From Planctomycetota bacterium (lineage in GTDB: Bacteria > Planctomycetota > UBA1135 > JACQFD01): a DNA stretch of 64,000 nt. This document shows, piece by piece, positions 44,299 to 55,145 of this stretch. Location: NCBI GenBank assembly GCA_016200225.1, contig JACQFD010000025.1, positions 23,184 through 87,183 on the forward strand. The letters are read 5' to 3'. Positions within the stretch are counted from its first letter, which is position 1; every line of letters starts with the position of its first letter. Made by a program: the position numbers and the translations under genes. The notes under the pieces are model-generated. The model did no database searches. It was not told the origin of the DNA and was given only the letters and a program-made list of their open reading frames with translations.

Positions 44299-46479
44299 AT
44301 GACTCAACTATCCACCTCCCCACGGACGCGCATTGGCGGTGCTATTGTTACATCCGCTGTTGTATCCGCCATCGCGCTTTTCGCTCTCTCATGCCATCGA
44401 ACGACGTCCGGCTTTTTCGCAGCCGGAGGGGGCGCCGGCGGCGGCGCGGCGGGCACCATCCAAAACGGCGGCAGCACCGTCGAAGTAACAAAACCGACAA
44501 GCCCGATTTTTGGCGGCAAGGTCGTCGGCGCTCCCGGCTCGGTCGACGTCGGCGAGACGATTACTCTTAAGATGCGCCCCGAGAAGGATCTTCCGGCTCC
44601 GCTGCCGGCGGGTTTTGTAGCGTTGGGGCCGTCCGTCGATATCACAAAAAATTCTGGTTATAACTTCTTAATTCCAGTGACGGCGACGTTGCCGTACAAC
44701 GCGGCGCTGCTGCAGGCCGGCGACGAACCGCTCGCGATTTATTGGGATGAAGTTTATGGCCAATGGCTGCCCTGCGGCACCATTTCGATCGACGAAGTCG
44801 GCCACTTCATTTCGTTCTCAACGATTCACTGCACGAGTTTTATTATCGTCGGCGCGCCCGGCGTCACATCCGCCCTTCCGAGCGTCGACACGGGATTTGT
44901 CGCCGGCGTCGACAGCATGTTTCACCCGAACTTCGGCGCCTATGACAATCCGGGCGGAAGCTCGATCGGCATCGTGCTGTTCGCGGACTGGTATTTTAAA
45001 TTTAAGAAAGCCTCCGACGGCAACGCGCTGCATGATAAGTATCGCCAGGGCGACCCGAATCTTTTCAAGGACGATGTCGTCGCCAAAGAATTGATCAATC
45101 GCGTATTTATTGCATCGAGCCAGATTTGGGCCGCGATTTGGGGCATGGGCAGCTGTCCGGCGACCTCGCCGACAACCGGTCTCGAAATAATCAATGCAAT
45201 GGCGATTTCGAATATGCCGCAGGTCATGATGATTCGCGGCACCGCGGCGAGCGGAAAGAAATTCGCGAGCGCGGTCCTTGTTTACAAATTCGACGCGGGA
45301 ACCGGCAAGTTCTCCATTTACGATCCGAACTTCCCGACGGAAGTCGTCACGTTGAACTACTCGACGGGGTCCGGTTTCAGTAATTATTCGAAAGCGCCGG
45401 CGTATCCCGGAACGATCGACGAGTATTGTTATGACGCGCTGTCGTCCTATCTGTATCCGTCGCAGTTCGAGCAGTACTACGACGCCGCCGAACAGGCGTT
45501 CACGAACGCCGGTCCGAGCACGTCGACGTCGAATATCGCGAACACGATCACGTTTATTACGATTGACGTCATCGCGCCGCTTCTCGACGCGAACGACGTC
45601 GCCACGATCACGGACTTTAATACTCCAGTGACCGTGAGCGGTCATGCGAATTCCGGCGCGATCAAGCCGAAGACGCTCGCTTATTACATTAACGGCGGCA
45701 TGAAACACAAGACGCCGATCGACGCGAGCGGTAATTTTACATTCGACATTCAACAGGTCGATCTGCCGAACGCCATCAACGCACTCATGATGATCGCGAC
45801 GGAGGATCCGCGCCAGGAATGGAACTCCCACTCGGGTTTCCGTTATATTAGCATCAAAAAGCAGGGCGTCGGATTCTTTAGCAATCTCGGATTCGAATCC
45901 TGCGATTTCACGTCGTGGACTCACGAATCGCACACCTGGCAGAACTCGACGCCGGGATCGTTCAATCCCGAGAAGAGCGCGATCGTAAACGCGGGCACCG
46001 ATCCGATCGCGACGACACTACAACTCCCGTACGCGGGAACGTGCTGCTGCCGTGTAAACAATTCGGATAATAACTATCACATCAGTTCCGTGTCGCAGAC
46101 GGCGGCCGTCCCGAATGTGGCGAACCCGCAATTACAATTCTACTGGGCCGCCGTGCTCGAAGATCCGAACCACGCTCCGCAGGATCAGCCGTACATGGAC
46201 ATCGTTGTTACAGATGATACGTCGTCGGCGATTTTGTATCAAAAGCACTTCTTCTCGAACGATCCGACGTATTCGGGCTGGATTCCGTTCAACGGCGGCT
46301 CTTGGAAAGCGATCGACTGGCAGGTCGTGTTCATTGACGTCACCGGCGCGCAGGGACACTCGGTCACCATCAAAGTCACCGGCGCGGACTGCGCGCTCGG
46401 CGGCCACGGCGGTTACACGTATGTCGACGGCGACGACACGGGCGTCATTTCGGCTCCTCCGTCAATTGTAACGAAGTAG
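44299..46479 (+). CDS. Multidomain secreted lipoprotein (ZU5-like, papain-like and beta-sandwich domains)
   Basis: ATG 44299; lipobox ALSC then a Gly linker; PVTATLPY..TIHCTSF; IYDPNFP; NLGFE..AVLEDPNH..DCALGGHGGY.YVD. Confidence 0.65.
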   Translation: MTQLSTSPRTRIGGAIVTSAVVSAIALFALSCHRTTSGFFAAGGGAGGGAAGTIQNGGSTVEVTKPTSPIFGGKVVGAPGSVDVGETITLKMRPEKDLPAPLPAGFVALGPSVDITKNSGYNFLIPVTATLPYNAALLQAGDEPLAIYWDEVYGQWLPCGTISIDEVGHFISFSTIHCTSFIIVGAPGVTSALPSVDTGFVAGVDSMFHPNFGAYDNPGGSSIGIVLFADWYFKFKKASDGNALHDKYRQGDPNLFKDDVVAKELINRVFIASSQIWAAIWGMGSCPATSPTTGLEIINAMAISNMPQVMMIRGTAASGKKFASAVLVYKFDAGTGKFSIYDPNFPTEVVTLNYSTGSGFSNYSKAPAYPGTIDEYCYDALSSYLYPSQFEQYYDAAEQAFTNAGPSTSTSNIANTITFITIDVIAPLLDANDVATITDFNTPVTVSGHANSGAIKPKTLAYYINGGMKHKTPIDASGNFTFDIQQVDLPNAINALMMIATEDPRQEWNSHSGFRYISIKKQGVGFFSNLGFESCDFTSWTHESHTWQNSTPGSFNPEKSAIVNAGTDPIATTLQLPYAGTCCCRVNNSDNNYHISSVSQTAAVPNVANPQLQFYWAAVLEDPNHAPQDQPYMDIVVTDDTSSAILYQKHFFSNDPTYSGWIPFNGGSWKAIDWQVVFIDVTGAQGHSVTIKVTGADCALGGHGGYTYVDGDDTGVISAPPSIVTK

Positions 46480-46500
46480 TCGAATCTTAAGATTCGCGAT

Positions 46501-46526
46501 CGCTGGCGGCCAAACGGCCGCCAGCG
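46501..46526 (+). terminator. Hairpin after the lipoprotein gene
   Basis: Perfect 11-bp stem cgctggcggcc-aaac-ggccgccagcg with a weak T tract. Confidence 0.55.
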
Positions 46527-46614
46527 TCGTTTCCGGCCGGGTTTATTCGGGAAACAGTGTATTTGGACTTTTCCGCTTGCTCCGGTCGAGGGCCCGGACG
46601 TTCAATCGAAAGCC

Positions 46615-49350
46615 ATGGTGCGAAAAACGCTCGTGCTTCTCTGCCTGTGCGCTCCGCCCGTGTTGTTACAGAACTCACCGCTTCCGGATTCGCGGCCTTC
46701 GCCCCCCGAGAGCCTGCGTTGTGAATATTTAGTAAATCCTGCAGCCGTACAATCGGCAACGCCGCGGTTTTTTTGGAAATTAAACGATCCGCGGCCGGGC
46801 GCGCGCCAGACGGCGTGGCAGATTCTCGTGGCGACATCGCCCGAAAAACTCGTCCCCGGACTGGCGGATCGATGGGACAGCGGAAAAGTGAACTCCGACG
46901 AAACTATACAAATCGAATACGCGGGAGCGCGGGTGCGATCGGGAGAGATTAATTATTGGAAAGCGCGGGTCTGGGACGCGGACGGAATGCCGTCGCCGTG
47001 GGGGGAGATTGCTACATTTCGCTTTGGATTATTAAAGCCGGAGGACTGGCGCGCGCGTTGGATCCGCCATGCGGAGCCCGCGCCGGATCGCGGGCGCGGC
47101 GACGGCGCGCTGCCGCCGGTATTGTTTAAAACTAATTTTATGCTCGAACGCAAGCCCGCGCGCGCGACGCTCTACGCCGCCGCGAGAGGTCTTTATGATA
47201 TTAAGATAAACGGCCGCGAAATCGGCGTGCCCGAACTCGCTCCGGATTGGACGGATTATAATCAAACGATTCAGTATCGGGCGTTCGACGCGGCGCCGTT
47301 TCTTACGGTTGGCGAACAGAAAATAACCATTCTCGCGGGCGACGGCTGGTACAGCGGCCGCATCGGCATGGCCGAATCGTTCGCGCCGGGAAAAATCAAA
47401 CGCGGGATCTACGGACGCCGGCCGGAAGCGATCGCGCAACTACAAATCGAGTTCGACGACGGCAAATCGATTGTTATCAAAACCGACGAACAGTGGAAAT
47501 CCACGACCGAAGGGCCGTTCCGCTCGGCGGATCTGTTGGATGGGATCGTTTATGACGGGCGAAGGGAGGACGAACCGCCCGCCGCGTCGTGGCGGCCGGT
47601 CTTGGCCTCCGCCCCCGGCGGCGAAAAGCTTGTCGCGCAGCCGAACGAACCCGTCGATATCTTCGAATCGCGCGCGCCCGTTTCGCCGCCGCGAATGAAA
47701 GGCGATACTTATATTTACGATTTCGGCCAGAATCTCGTCGGAATCGTCGAAATCGCCGTTTCCGCGAAGAAAGGCGCCGGGATCGCCGTCCGCCACGGCG
47801 AGGCACTCGACGATTACGGTGAATTGTATACTGCGAACCTGCGCGGCGCGCCGCAGGTCGATCGTTATATCGCCGGCCGCGACGGCCCGAATCTGTTCCG
47901 CCCGAAATTTACATTTCACGGATTTCGTTATATTTCCATTTCGGGCTGCGACGCCCCGCCCGTTTCCGTCACGGCTCTCGCGATGCGTTCGAATGCGCGG
48001 GAGTCGTCGCATTTCGAATGTTCGAACGCAATATTAAATAAACTCTGGCGCAATATTCTCTGGACGCTCCGCGGCAACACGCTCGGCGTGCCGACCGACT
48101 GCCCGCAGCGCGACGAACGTCTCGGCTGGATGGGCGACATGCAGGCGTTTTCGCGCACGGCAATGTTACAAATGGATCTCGCGGCGTTTTTTACAAAATG
48201 GCTCGCGGACGTGCGCGAGGCGCAGGCGGCCGACGGCCGGTTTCCGGATTTCGCGCCGCATCCGTTCCAAAAGAACGATCAATTCGCGGGAACGCCGGCG
48301 TGGGGAGACGCCGGGGTGTTCGTGCCGTGGGATTGTTATATTTATTATGCGGACCGGCGGCTTCTTGAAGAACATTTCGACGCCGCGCGGCGGTGGATCG
48401 ATTATATTTATGGTAAGAATGATAATAATTACCTCTGGCGCAACGGCCGCGGCAACGATTATGGAGACTGGCTGAACGCTTCGACGTTTTCGGCCGCCGC
48501 TCCGTCGGACGGCCCCGCCGCGATCCGCGGCGACATCGCGAAAGACGCGCTCGCATCCGCGTTTTTTGTACAATCGGCGCGGCTGGTCGCGAAAATGGCG
48601 GGCGCGCTCGGCCGGTCCGCGGACGAAAAGAAATATAAACAAATCGCGTCGCTCGCATTCGGCGCGTTCGTTAACGAATTCGTGCGCGACGACGGCCGGA
48701 TCGCGAATCATACACAATCGGCCTACGCGCTCGCGCTGACGTTCCAACTGGTTCCCCCGGAATCGATGCCGAAAGTTAAAGAATCGCTCGCCGTATCGCT
48801 CGATGAATACAAGGGCCGCCTTTCGACCGGGATCCAGACGACGCACCGATTATTAATAGAATGTTCGCGAAACGGTTTTCATGAAAAAGCCGTCGAAATC
48901 GCGACGTCGCGCACGTTTCCGTCGTGGGGATACATGATCGACCACGGCGCGACCACGATTTGGGAGCGCTGGGACGGTTATGTCGCAGGGCGCGGATTTC
49001 AGGATCCCGGAATGAATTCGATGAATCATTATGCTCTGGGTTCCGTCGGACAATGGCTCATGAATTGTGTGCTCGGCATCGAACCGGACGAAAACGCCCC
49101 CGGGTTCAAGCATTTTAATATTCGTCCCGGACCGTCGGAGCGTCTCGATTGGGCCGGCGGTTATTACGATTCGATCCGCGGCCGCATTTCGGTGCGGTGG
49201 CGCATCGATGGCCGGCGATTCATTGCCGACGTCGTCGTCCCGGCCAACACGTCCGCGACGTTTTTTCAACCGGACGGCCCGGCGAGGCGCGAACTGGCGC
49301 CCGGAGCGCACCATTTGGAATTTGATTGGGATCGAAGAACGGTAAGATAA
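46615..49350 (+). CDS. Alpha-L-rhamnosidase (GH78)
   Basis: LRCEYLVNP, DFGQNLVG, FTFHGFRY, PTDCPQRDERLGWMGD, GATTIWERW and MNSMNHY. Confidence 0.95.
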   Translation: MVRKTLVLLCLCAPPVLLQNSPLPDSRPSPPESLRCEYLVNPAAVQSATPRFFWKLNDPRPGARQTAWQILVATSPEKLVPGLADRWDSGKVNSDETIQIEYAGARVRSGEINYWKARVWDADGMPSPWGEIATFRFGLLKPEDWRARWIRHAEPAPDRGRGDGALPPVLFKTNFMLERKPARATLYAAARGLYDIKINGREIGVPELAPDWTDYNQTIQYRAFDAAPFLTVGEQKITILAGDGWYSGRIGMAESFAPGKIKRGIYGRRPEAIAQLQIEFDDGKSIVIKTDEQWKSTTEGPFRSADLLDGIVYDGRREDEPPAASWRPVLASAPGGEKLVAQPNEPVDIFESRAPVSPPRMKGDTYIYDFGQNLVGIVEIAVSAKKGAGIAVRHGEALDDYGELYTANLRGAPQVDRYIAGRDGPNLFRPKFTFHGFRYISISGCDAPPVSVTALAMRSNARESSHFECSNAILNKLWRNILWTLRGNTLGVPTDCPQRDERLGWMGDMQAFSRTAMLQMDLAAFFTKWLADVREAQAADGRFPDFAPHPFQKNDQFAGTPAWGDAGVFVPWDCYIYYADRRLLEEHFDAARRWIDYIYGKNDNNYLWRNGRGNDYGDWLNASTFSAAAPSDGPAAIRGDIAKDALASAFFVQSARLVAKMAGALGRSADEKKYKQIASLAFGAFVNEFVRDDGRIANHTQSAYALALTFQLVPPESMPKVKESLAVSLDEYKGRLSTGIQTTHRLLIECSRNGFHEKAVEIATSRTFPSWGYMIDHGATTIWERWDGYVAGRGFQDPGMNSMNHYALGSVGQWLMNCVLGIEPDENAPGFKHFNIRPGPSERLDWAGGYYDSIRGRISVRWRIDGRRFIADVVVPANTSATFFQPDGPARRELAPGAHHLEFDWDRRTVR

Positions 49351-49409
49351 TTGGTCTTTCCCGCTCCCGTCGCCTTGGCGGATATTCAATAGAAAATCAC
49401 AACACCTCG

Positions 49410-50288
49410 ATGGACTCCGCCATTTTTGTTAGAAATTTGACGAAGCGATTTAAAGACAAGGTCGCGGTCGATAATGTTACATTTCAAGTCGGCTACGGCG
49501 AATTCTTCGGTTTTCTCGGGCCGAACGGCGCCGGAAAGACGACGACGATCAAGATACTTTGCGGATTGATGAAAGCGGATTCGGGCGAAGCCCATGTCGC
49601 CGGATTGAACGTCCTCGACGACCCCCTCGCGGTGAAAGCCAAGATCGGCGTGCTGCCGGATGTTATCGATACATTCGACCGGCTCACCGGAAACGAACTC
49701 GCCGTCATGAGCGGTCTTTTGTATGGTTTGAAGGAGGACGAAGCGGCGCGGCGCGCGGGAGTGTTGTTCGAATTGATGGATTTGAAGAGGGAGGATCGCG
49801 AAAAACTCGTCATCGATTATTCGTTAGGAATGCGCAAGAAAGTCGGACTCGCGTGCGCTCTGATTCACGGGCCGAAAGTGTTATTTCTCGACGAACCCTT
49901 CAACGGCATCGATCCCGTCGCGACGGCGGCCGTGCAGCGTGTGTTACAGAATCTCGTCGCGCGCGGCGTCACGATTTTCTTTACATCGCACGTGCTCGAA
50001 GTCGTCGAAAAATTGTGCACGCGCGTTGGCATTATACAAAACGGAGGATTATTAGCGTGCGGCACCATCGCCGAGGTGGCGCAGTCGGCGGGAATGGCGC
50101 CCGGCTCGACTCTTTCGGATGTATTTAATAAAATTTTCGGCGCGCAGGCCGGCGAGGGCCGAGACCTCGACTGGGTGGCGGGTCTGCCGCCGGCGATCGA
50201 AAAAGAAACCGCGATACCGCCCGTCGCGGTTCCGCGTGCGGACGATGGCGCGGGCGCCGGAATCGCGGCCGAACGTCCGGAAGTATAA
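49410..50288 (+). CDS. ABC transporter ATP-binding protein
   Basis: GPNGAGKTT, YSLGM, LFLDEP and SH motifs; ATG at 49410. Confidence 0.93.
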   Translation: MDSAIFVRNLTKRFKDKVAVDNVTFQVGYGEFFGFLGPNGAGKTTTIKILCGLMKADSGEAHVAGLNVLDDPLAVKAKIGVLPDVIDTFDRLTGNELAVMSGLLYGLKEDEAARRAGVLFELMDLKREDREKLVIDYSLGMRKKVGLACALIHGPKVLFLDEPFNGIDPVATAAVQRVLQNLVARGVTIFFTSHVLEVVEKLCTRVGIIQNGGLLACGTIAEVAQSAGMAPGSTLSDVFNKIFGAQAGEGRDLDWVAGLPPAIEKETAIPPVAVPRADDGAGAGIAAERPEV

Positions 50289-50336
50289 GTAATTATTAAT
50301 TAGTAATATTTTTCAGTAATACTTATTGGGGCCGCC

Positions 50337-51974
50337 ATGTGGACTCTTACAAGGATTCTCTGCCGCCTTCGGTGGAGATACATGTGGTCGACGTCGTGGA
50401 AACGCCGGATCGGCGTCATCGCGATGTTCGCGATGTCCATCATGTTCGCGATTTGGCTTTCGATATTGATGTATTTCGGCCTCCGCGCGGCATCGCCGGA
50501 ATCGGAGAGCGCCCTGTTTCGCCGCGAGTGCCTCGTCGCCGGCGCGTTTATTATTTATGTCGGATGGATCTACTTCGGATCGTTCAACGATCTGTACGAT
50601 CCTCAGAAACTGGCGACTTATCCGATACCGCCGAGGCGATTATTTACGTGCGCCTGCGCTTCGTCCATTCTCGGCGCGGCTCCGATTTTTATTATTGCAA
50701 TGGTCGCCGGCACGACGGCCGCGATGGAGGGCGGTATTATAATAAAAATTGTCCGCGGCCTCTTCATCGTCGCGCTCGCGATGCATCTGATCATGCTCGG
50801 CCGCCTCGTCCGGCTCGTATTTTTACAAATATTGACGAGCCGGCGCTGGCGCGAGTTTTCGGGACTCCTCGGAATGCTCATGAGCGGCGTCATTTGGGTG
50901 GCGATGGCGAGCGGCTCGCGGTTGCAATCGAGCGAAACGTCGCAGGAGATCATTCGTTGGATTCACGGCATCGCGGCGGACGGAGATCTATCCATTTGGA
51001 CTTGTTGGATTCCGGCCACTTGGTGGGCGTGGGCATTCAACATGGAGGGCGCGCTCGCGCCGGTCGGCGCGTTTTTATTTGTATTGTCGAGTATACTGAT
51101 TGCGCGCGCCGGAGGCTGGTCGGAGGAGAAAATTGCATTTAGCGAGCCCGTTTTCGCCTACGCGCCGAAAAAAACCGCGCCGGGCGCGCCGCGACGGAGG
51201 TTTCTACGCGGTTGGCCTTCAGGATTCTTAAAATTCTTCGGGGGCGACATCGCCGCGGTTGTAAAGAAAGAGTTTTGTGTACTTGCGCGCGATCCGCTCG
51301 TCCGCATGCGATTCATGTCGACATTTTTTATGATCATCGTGATGGGAGTGATACCCATTCTGAGTCCGCGCCGTTCGATGTCGGCGGGCAGTTTCCCGCT
51401 CGGCGGAATTCTTGTATTCGCGCAGATCGCATTTTTATTTAATTTGTTCGGAACCGACGGCCTCTCGATTCGCGCGCTCTTCATTTCTCCGATGGACCGC
51501 GGCCGGATGCTGGTCGCAAAATCGCTGGCCTATGTCTTTCTGTTTATTCCGTTCAACCTCTCGGTGATTCTTGTGATCGGCCTTTTTTCCAAGCGCGCGG
51601 ATCTGGCCGAGGAGATGGGATATCATATCTGTTATTTTTTGATAACTCTTTCGGCCGGGCACATTTTTTCGATATATTTTCCGACGCGGCTCGTGCAGGT
51701 CGGCAAGCGCGTGCAGCGCGATTCCGACGTGCATCCGATTTATCGCGCGTTGACGGGCATTTTCGCGCTCCTCACGACCGGCATCGCGGCCGCGCCGGTG
51801 ATACTCGGCCGATATGTAGTGAGTCCGTTTTTCGATACAAAAGGAGAGATTATTATATTTATTATATCGACCGGTTATGCTTTGTTGTTATATTCCGTCT
51901 CGTTGAAGATCGCCGGCCTCCTGCTCGCGCGGCGCGAAGACAAACTCCTCGCATTCTTTTCGCAAAATAATTGA
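50337..51974 (+). CDS. ABC-2 type exporter permease
   Basis: More than 10 hydrophobic helices; KEF..LARDP and NLFGTDG; follows the ATPase gene. Confidence 0.8.
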   Translation: MWTLTRILCRLRWRYMWSTSWKRRIGVIAMFAMSIMFAIWLSILMYFGLRAASPESESALFRRECLVAGAFIIYVGWIYFGSFNDLYDPQKLATYPIPPRRLFTCACASSILGAAPIFIIAMVAGTTAAMEGGIIIKIVRGLFIVALAMHLIMLGRLVRLVFLQILTSRRWREFSGLLGMLMSGVIWVAMASGSRLQSSETSQEIIRWIHGIAADGDLSIWTCWIPATWWAWAFNMEGALAPVGAFLFVLSSILIARAGGWSEEKIAFSEPVFAYAPKKTAPGAPRRRFLRGWPSGFLKFFGGDIAAVVKKEFCVLARDPLVRMRFMSTFFMIIVMGVIPILSPRRSMSAGSFPLGGILVFAQIAFLFNLFGTDGLSIRALFISPMDRGRMLVAKSLAYVFLFIPFNLSVILVIGLFSKRADLAEEMGYHICYFLITLSAGHIFSIYFPTRLVQVGKRVQRDSDVHPIYRALTGIFALLTTGIAAAPVILGRYVVSPFFDTKGEIIIFIISTGYALLLYSVSLKIAGLLLARREDKLLAFFSQNN

Positions 51975-52015
51975 ACCGGCCGACGGCCGCGGATTCGAAT
52001 TTCGCACGCAATTTT

Positions 52016-52092
52016 TGGTACGCCCGGCAGGAATCGAACCTGCAACCCTCGGATTAGAAATCCGAAGCTCTATCCAGTTGAGCTACGGGCGC
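52016..52092 (-). tRNA. tRNA-Arg(TCT)
   Basis: Cloverleaf GCGCCCG...CGGGCGT-A-CCA, anticodon loop TTTCTAA and T-loop TTCGATT. Confidence 0.95.
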
Positions 52093-52147
52093 GCAACTTG
52101 CGGAAAGTGTCCGACGGTTAGCGTAACGTATCCCTGCGAGTTCACGC

Positions 52148-53632
52148 ATGCCTTCCACCAATCGAACTGACGCGCTCGGCACCGTTGGCCACGGCGAGCG
52201 GATTCTTGTAGTCGACGACGAGAAATTGATTCGTTGGACGATCGCAAAGTCTTTTGGTGAAGCCGGGTACGCAATTGAAGAGGCATCAACTGGCGCGGAG
52301 GCGCTTGCGGCCGTGGAGCGCGAACTCCCCGATCTCGTGCTCCTCGACTTCAAACTGCCGGACCGCACAGGCGTTGAAATACTGCGGGAAATTCGGCGGG
52401 CGTCGCCCGAAGTCCCGGTGATTTTGATCACCGCATTCGGCACGCTCGAAGGCGCGGTTGCGGCCATGCGCGAGGGCGCGTACGACTACCGAAGCAAACC
52501 GTTTGAAATCGACGATTTGTTATTAACAGTTCGGCGCGCGCTCGAAGCTTCGGGCCTGCGCGACGAAGTGCGCGCGCTTCGCGAAGAAACGCGCCGCGCG
52601 ACGGCGGGCGCCGGGCCCGAATTGGTGGCCGAGAGCGCGCCGATGAAAGAAGTGGTTCGTTTGATCGATCGCGTCGCCCAGTCCGAAGCCTCGACAATAT
52701 TACTATTAGGCGAGAGCGGCGTCGGAAAAGGCGTGGTTGCACGCGTGCTCCACGACGCGAGCCGGAGATCGTCGAGATCGTTTCTTAATATTACATGTAC
52801 GGCGCTGCCGGAAAATTTGTTAGAAAGCGAATTGTTTGGACACGAGCGCGGCGCGTTCACCGACGCAAGACAACAAAAACGCGGTTTGGTGGAGCTCGCG
52901 CAGGGCGGCTCGCTTTTTTTGGACGAAATCGGCGACTTGTCGCCGGCGCTTCAGGGAAAAATACTGAGATTTCTGGAAGCGAAGCAATTCCGGCGCGTCG
53001 GCGGAACGCGCGATATAACAGTAAGCGTGAGGATCATCGCCGCGACCAATCGCGATCTTTCGAAAGAAGTAAACGAAGGGCGGTTTCGCGAAGATCTGTT
53101 TTATCGGCTGAACGTCATTCCTATAAAAATTCCGCCGTTGCGCGAACGCCGGGAGGATCTGCGGCCGCTTGTCGAGCGGTTTATTACACATTTCGGGCGC
53201 GAGTTTAAGAAACATGTCCGCGGCTTCGACCCGGAGGCGCTCGACGTCATGGAATCGTATCATTGGCCGGGCAACGTCCGTCAGTTGCGAAACGCGATCG
53301 AGCGGTCGGTGTTGCTGGCCGATCATGATACTTTGTCGGTGGAGGATCTGCCGGTCGAAGTGCGCACGCCGCCTCCGGGCGGAGCCGTTCGCGGCGCGGC
53401 CCGGAATATTTATGAACTGCCGGCGGAGGGCGCGGAGTTCGATTTGCTCGAACGCGAATATGTACGTCAGGCGCTCGAGCGGACGAAAGGCAATCGATCG
53501 CGCGCGGCGCGATTATTAGGTATGAATCGCGATCAGATTCGATACCGGCTCGAAAAATTCGGATTCGAAAAAGTGGGCCAGCCTCCCAACGCGGAAGGCG
53601 ATGCCATCAACGACGACGGCGAGGAAGCATGA
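52148..53632 (+). CDS. Sigma-54-dependent response regulator (NtrC/AtoC family)
   Basis: REC domain, GESGVGK, GAFTDA, WPGNVRQL and a Fis-type HTH. Confidence 0.95.
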   Translation: MPSTNRTDALGTVGHGERILVVDDEKLIRWTIAKSFGEAGYAIEEASTGAEALAAVERELPDLVLLDFKLPDRTGVEILREIRRASPEVPVILITAFGTLEGAVAAMREGAYDYRSKPFEIDDLLLTVRRALEASGLRDEVRALREETRRATAGAGPELVAESAPMKEVVRLIDRVAQSEASTILLLGESGVGKGVVARVLHDASRRSSRSFLNITCTALPENLLESELFGHERGAFTDARQQKRGLVELAQGGSLFLDEIGDLSPALQGKILRFLEAKQFRRVGGTRDITVSVRIIAATNRDLSKEVNEGRFREDLFYRLNVIPIKIPPLRERREDLRPLVERFITHFGREFKKHVRGFDPEALDVMESYHWPGNVRQLRNAIERSVLLADHDTLSVEDLPVEVRTPPPGGAVRGAARNIYELPAEGAEFDLLEREYVRQALERTKGNRSRAARLLGMNRDQIRYRLEKFGFEKVGQPPNAEGDAINDDGEEA

Positions 53633-54093
53633 GCTACAAAAACATTCTGGTGCCGACGGATTTTTCGATGGAATCCAAAGTGGCGTTCGAGCCCGCCTGC
53701 GAACTTGCAAAAGCGTCGGGCGGGCGGATTACATTTATAACGATCGCGCAGGAAGCTGTAAATTTAAGAATGGCCGTTCTCGCGAACTCGGCGATCGTGA
53801 CTCCGGAGATCGACGAAGTCGCGAACGGGCTCGTGGAGAGCGCGCGGAAACGGCTGCTCGAAATTGCCGACGCGTTTCGCGCGCGCGTTCCGAATGTTAG
53901 CGTTGTCGCGGAGGAAGCGCTTTCGCCCGCGCGCGCAATCGTCGAATACGCCGACCGCGAGAAAATTGATATGATCGCGATGTCGCCCCACGGACACGGC
54001 GGTTTGAAGCGATTTTTGTTAGGAAGCGTCACCGAACGCGTCGTTCGCGAAGCGCACTGCGCGGTGTTGATCGTCCGGCGGCCGGTCGCCTGA
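53629..54093 (+). CDS. Universal stress protein
   Basis: YKNILVPTDFS and HG..GLKRFLLGSVTERVVR. Confidence 0.93.
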   Translation: MSYKNILVPTDFSMESKVAFEPACELAKASGGRITFITIAQEAVNLRMAVLANSAIVTPEIDEVANGLVESARKRLLEIADAFRARVPNVSVVAEEALSPARAIVEYADREKIDMIAMSPHGHGGLKRFLLGSVTERVVREAHCAVLIVRRPVA

Positions 54094-54130
54094 ACCGGAT
54101 TCGAATCATTAACATCGCGGTTTTATAAAT

Positions 54131-55135
54131 ATGTCCGAAATCCGTCGAGACCCGATCACGGGACGCTGGGTGATTTTCGCCGTCGAGCGGGCCCAACGCC
54201 CGTCCGATTTTGCGCTCGAGGAACGCGAGCCGCCGGTCGTTAATTGTGCTTTTTGTGAAAATAACGAATCGCAGACGCCGCCGGAAATCCATGCGGATCG
54301 GCCTGCGCGTTCGGCGCCCAACGGCCCCGGCTGGCGCATGCGCGTCGTTCCTAACAAATATCCCGCGTTGCGCGTCGAGGGCGAACTCGCAAAGCAGGGC
54401 GACGGCGTCTACGACCGGATGGCGGGCGTCGGCGCGCACGAAGTTTTTATTGAAGGCGCCGCGCACGCGACTTCGGTGACCGCGCTGCCGCACGATATTT
54501 ATCGTTCGACGATTTTCTCCTATCGAGACCGCCTCCGCGATTTAAAGAAAGACCGCCGGCTCGCGTACGCTTTAATATTTAAGAATGTCGGAGTCCGCGC
54601 CGGAGCTTCGATCGCTCACAATCACAGCCAGTTGATCGCGACTCCCGTCGTCCCCATTACCGTTCAGCAGGAAATGACGGGATCGAAGCGGTTCTTCGAT
54701 TATCGCGGCCGGTGCATTTATTGTGATATTCTCCGGCAGGAGAAAGCGGAAAAATCCAGAATGATACTCGAGACTCCCGATTTTGCGGCGATCGTGCCTT
54801 ACGCGGCGCGGTTTCCGTTCGAGATCTGGGTCGTTCCGACGCGGCATATGTCACATTTCGAGGACGCGTCGGATTCGGAACTCGAATCGCTCACGGACGG
54901 AATGTTATCTGTATTAAACAGGCTCGAACGCGCGCTCGGGGCGCCTCCTTACAATTACGTCATTCACACGTCTCCGTTCGTCGACGGGCATCTCGATTAT
55001 TATCATTGGCACATCGAGATCATGCCCCGCGTCACCATGGCGGCCGGATTCGAGTGGGGGACGGGATTTTATATCAATCCCGTGCTGCCCGAGGAGGCCG
55101 CGAAGTTTTTGTGTAATGCCCGCCACGGGCAATAA
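54131..55135 (+). CDS. galT: Galactose-1-phosphate uridylyltransferase
   Basis: RRDPITGRWVI, VVPNKYPAL, GASIAHNHSQ (HxHxQ) and GFEWGTG. Confidence 0.92.
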   Translation: MSEIRRDPITGRWVIFAVERAQRPSDFALEEREPPVVNCAFCENNESQTPPEIHADRPARSAPNGPGWRMRVVPNKYPALRVEGELAKQGDGVYDRMAGVGAHEVFIEGAAHATSVTALPHDIYRSTIFSYRDRLRDLKKDRRLAYALIFKNVGVRAGASIAHNHSQLIATPVVPITVQQEMTGSKRFFDYRGRCIYCDILRQEKAEKSRMILETPDFAAIVPYAARFPFEIWVVPTRHMSHFEDASDSELESLTDGMLSVLNRLERALGAPPYNYVIHTSPFVDGHLDYYHWHIEIMPRVTMAAGFEWGTGFYINPVLPEEAAKFLCNARHGQ

Positions 55136-55145
55136 TTGCAATAAC

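Noticed and set aside
44818-45933. 371-aa antisense ORF (similarly 14261-15238, 18641-19573 and 50339-51142)
   Set aside because: These fully overlap well-supported genes, have Arg-rich shadow-frame composition and show no motifs.
50286-50330. AT-rich spacer with AGTAAT x3
   Set aside because: Short and low-complexity, consistent with the local AT runs.
52016-52092. tRNA-Arg and tRNA-Pro as possible island integration sites
   Set aside because: No integrase nearby and no duplicated tRNA 3' end noticed; the flanks look like resident genes.
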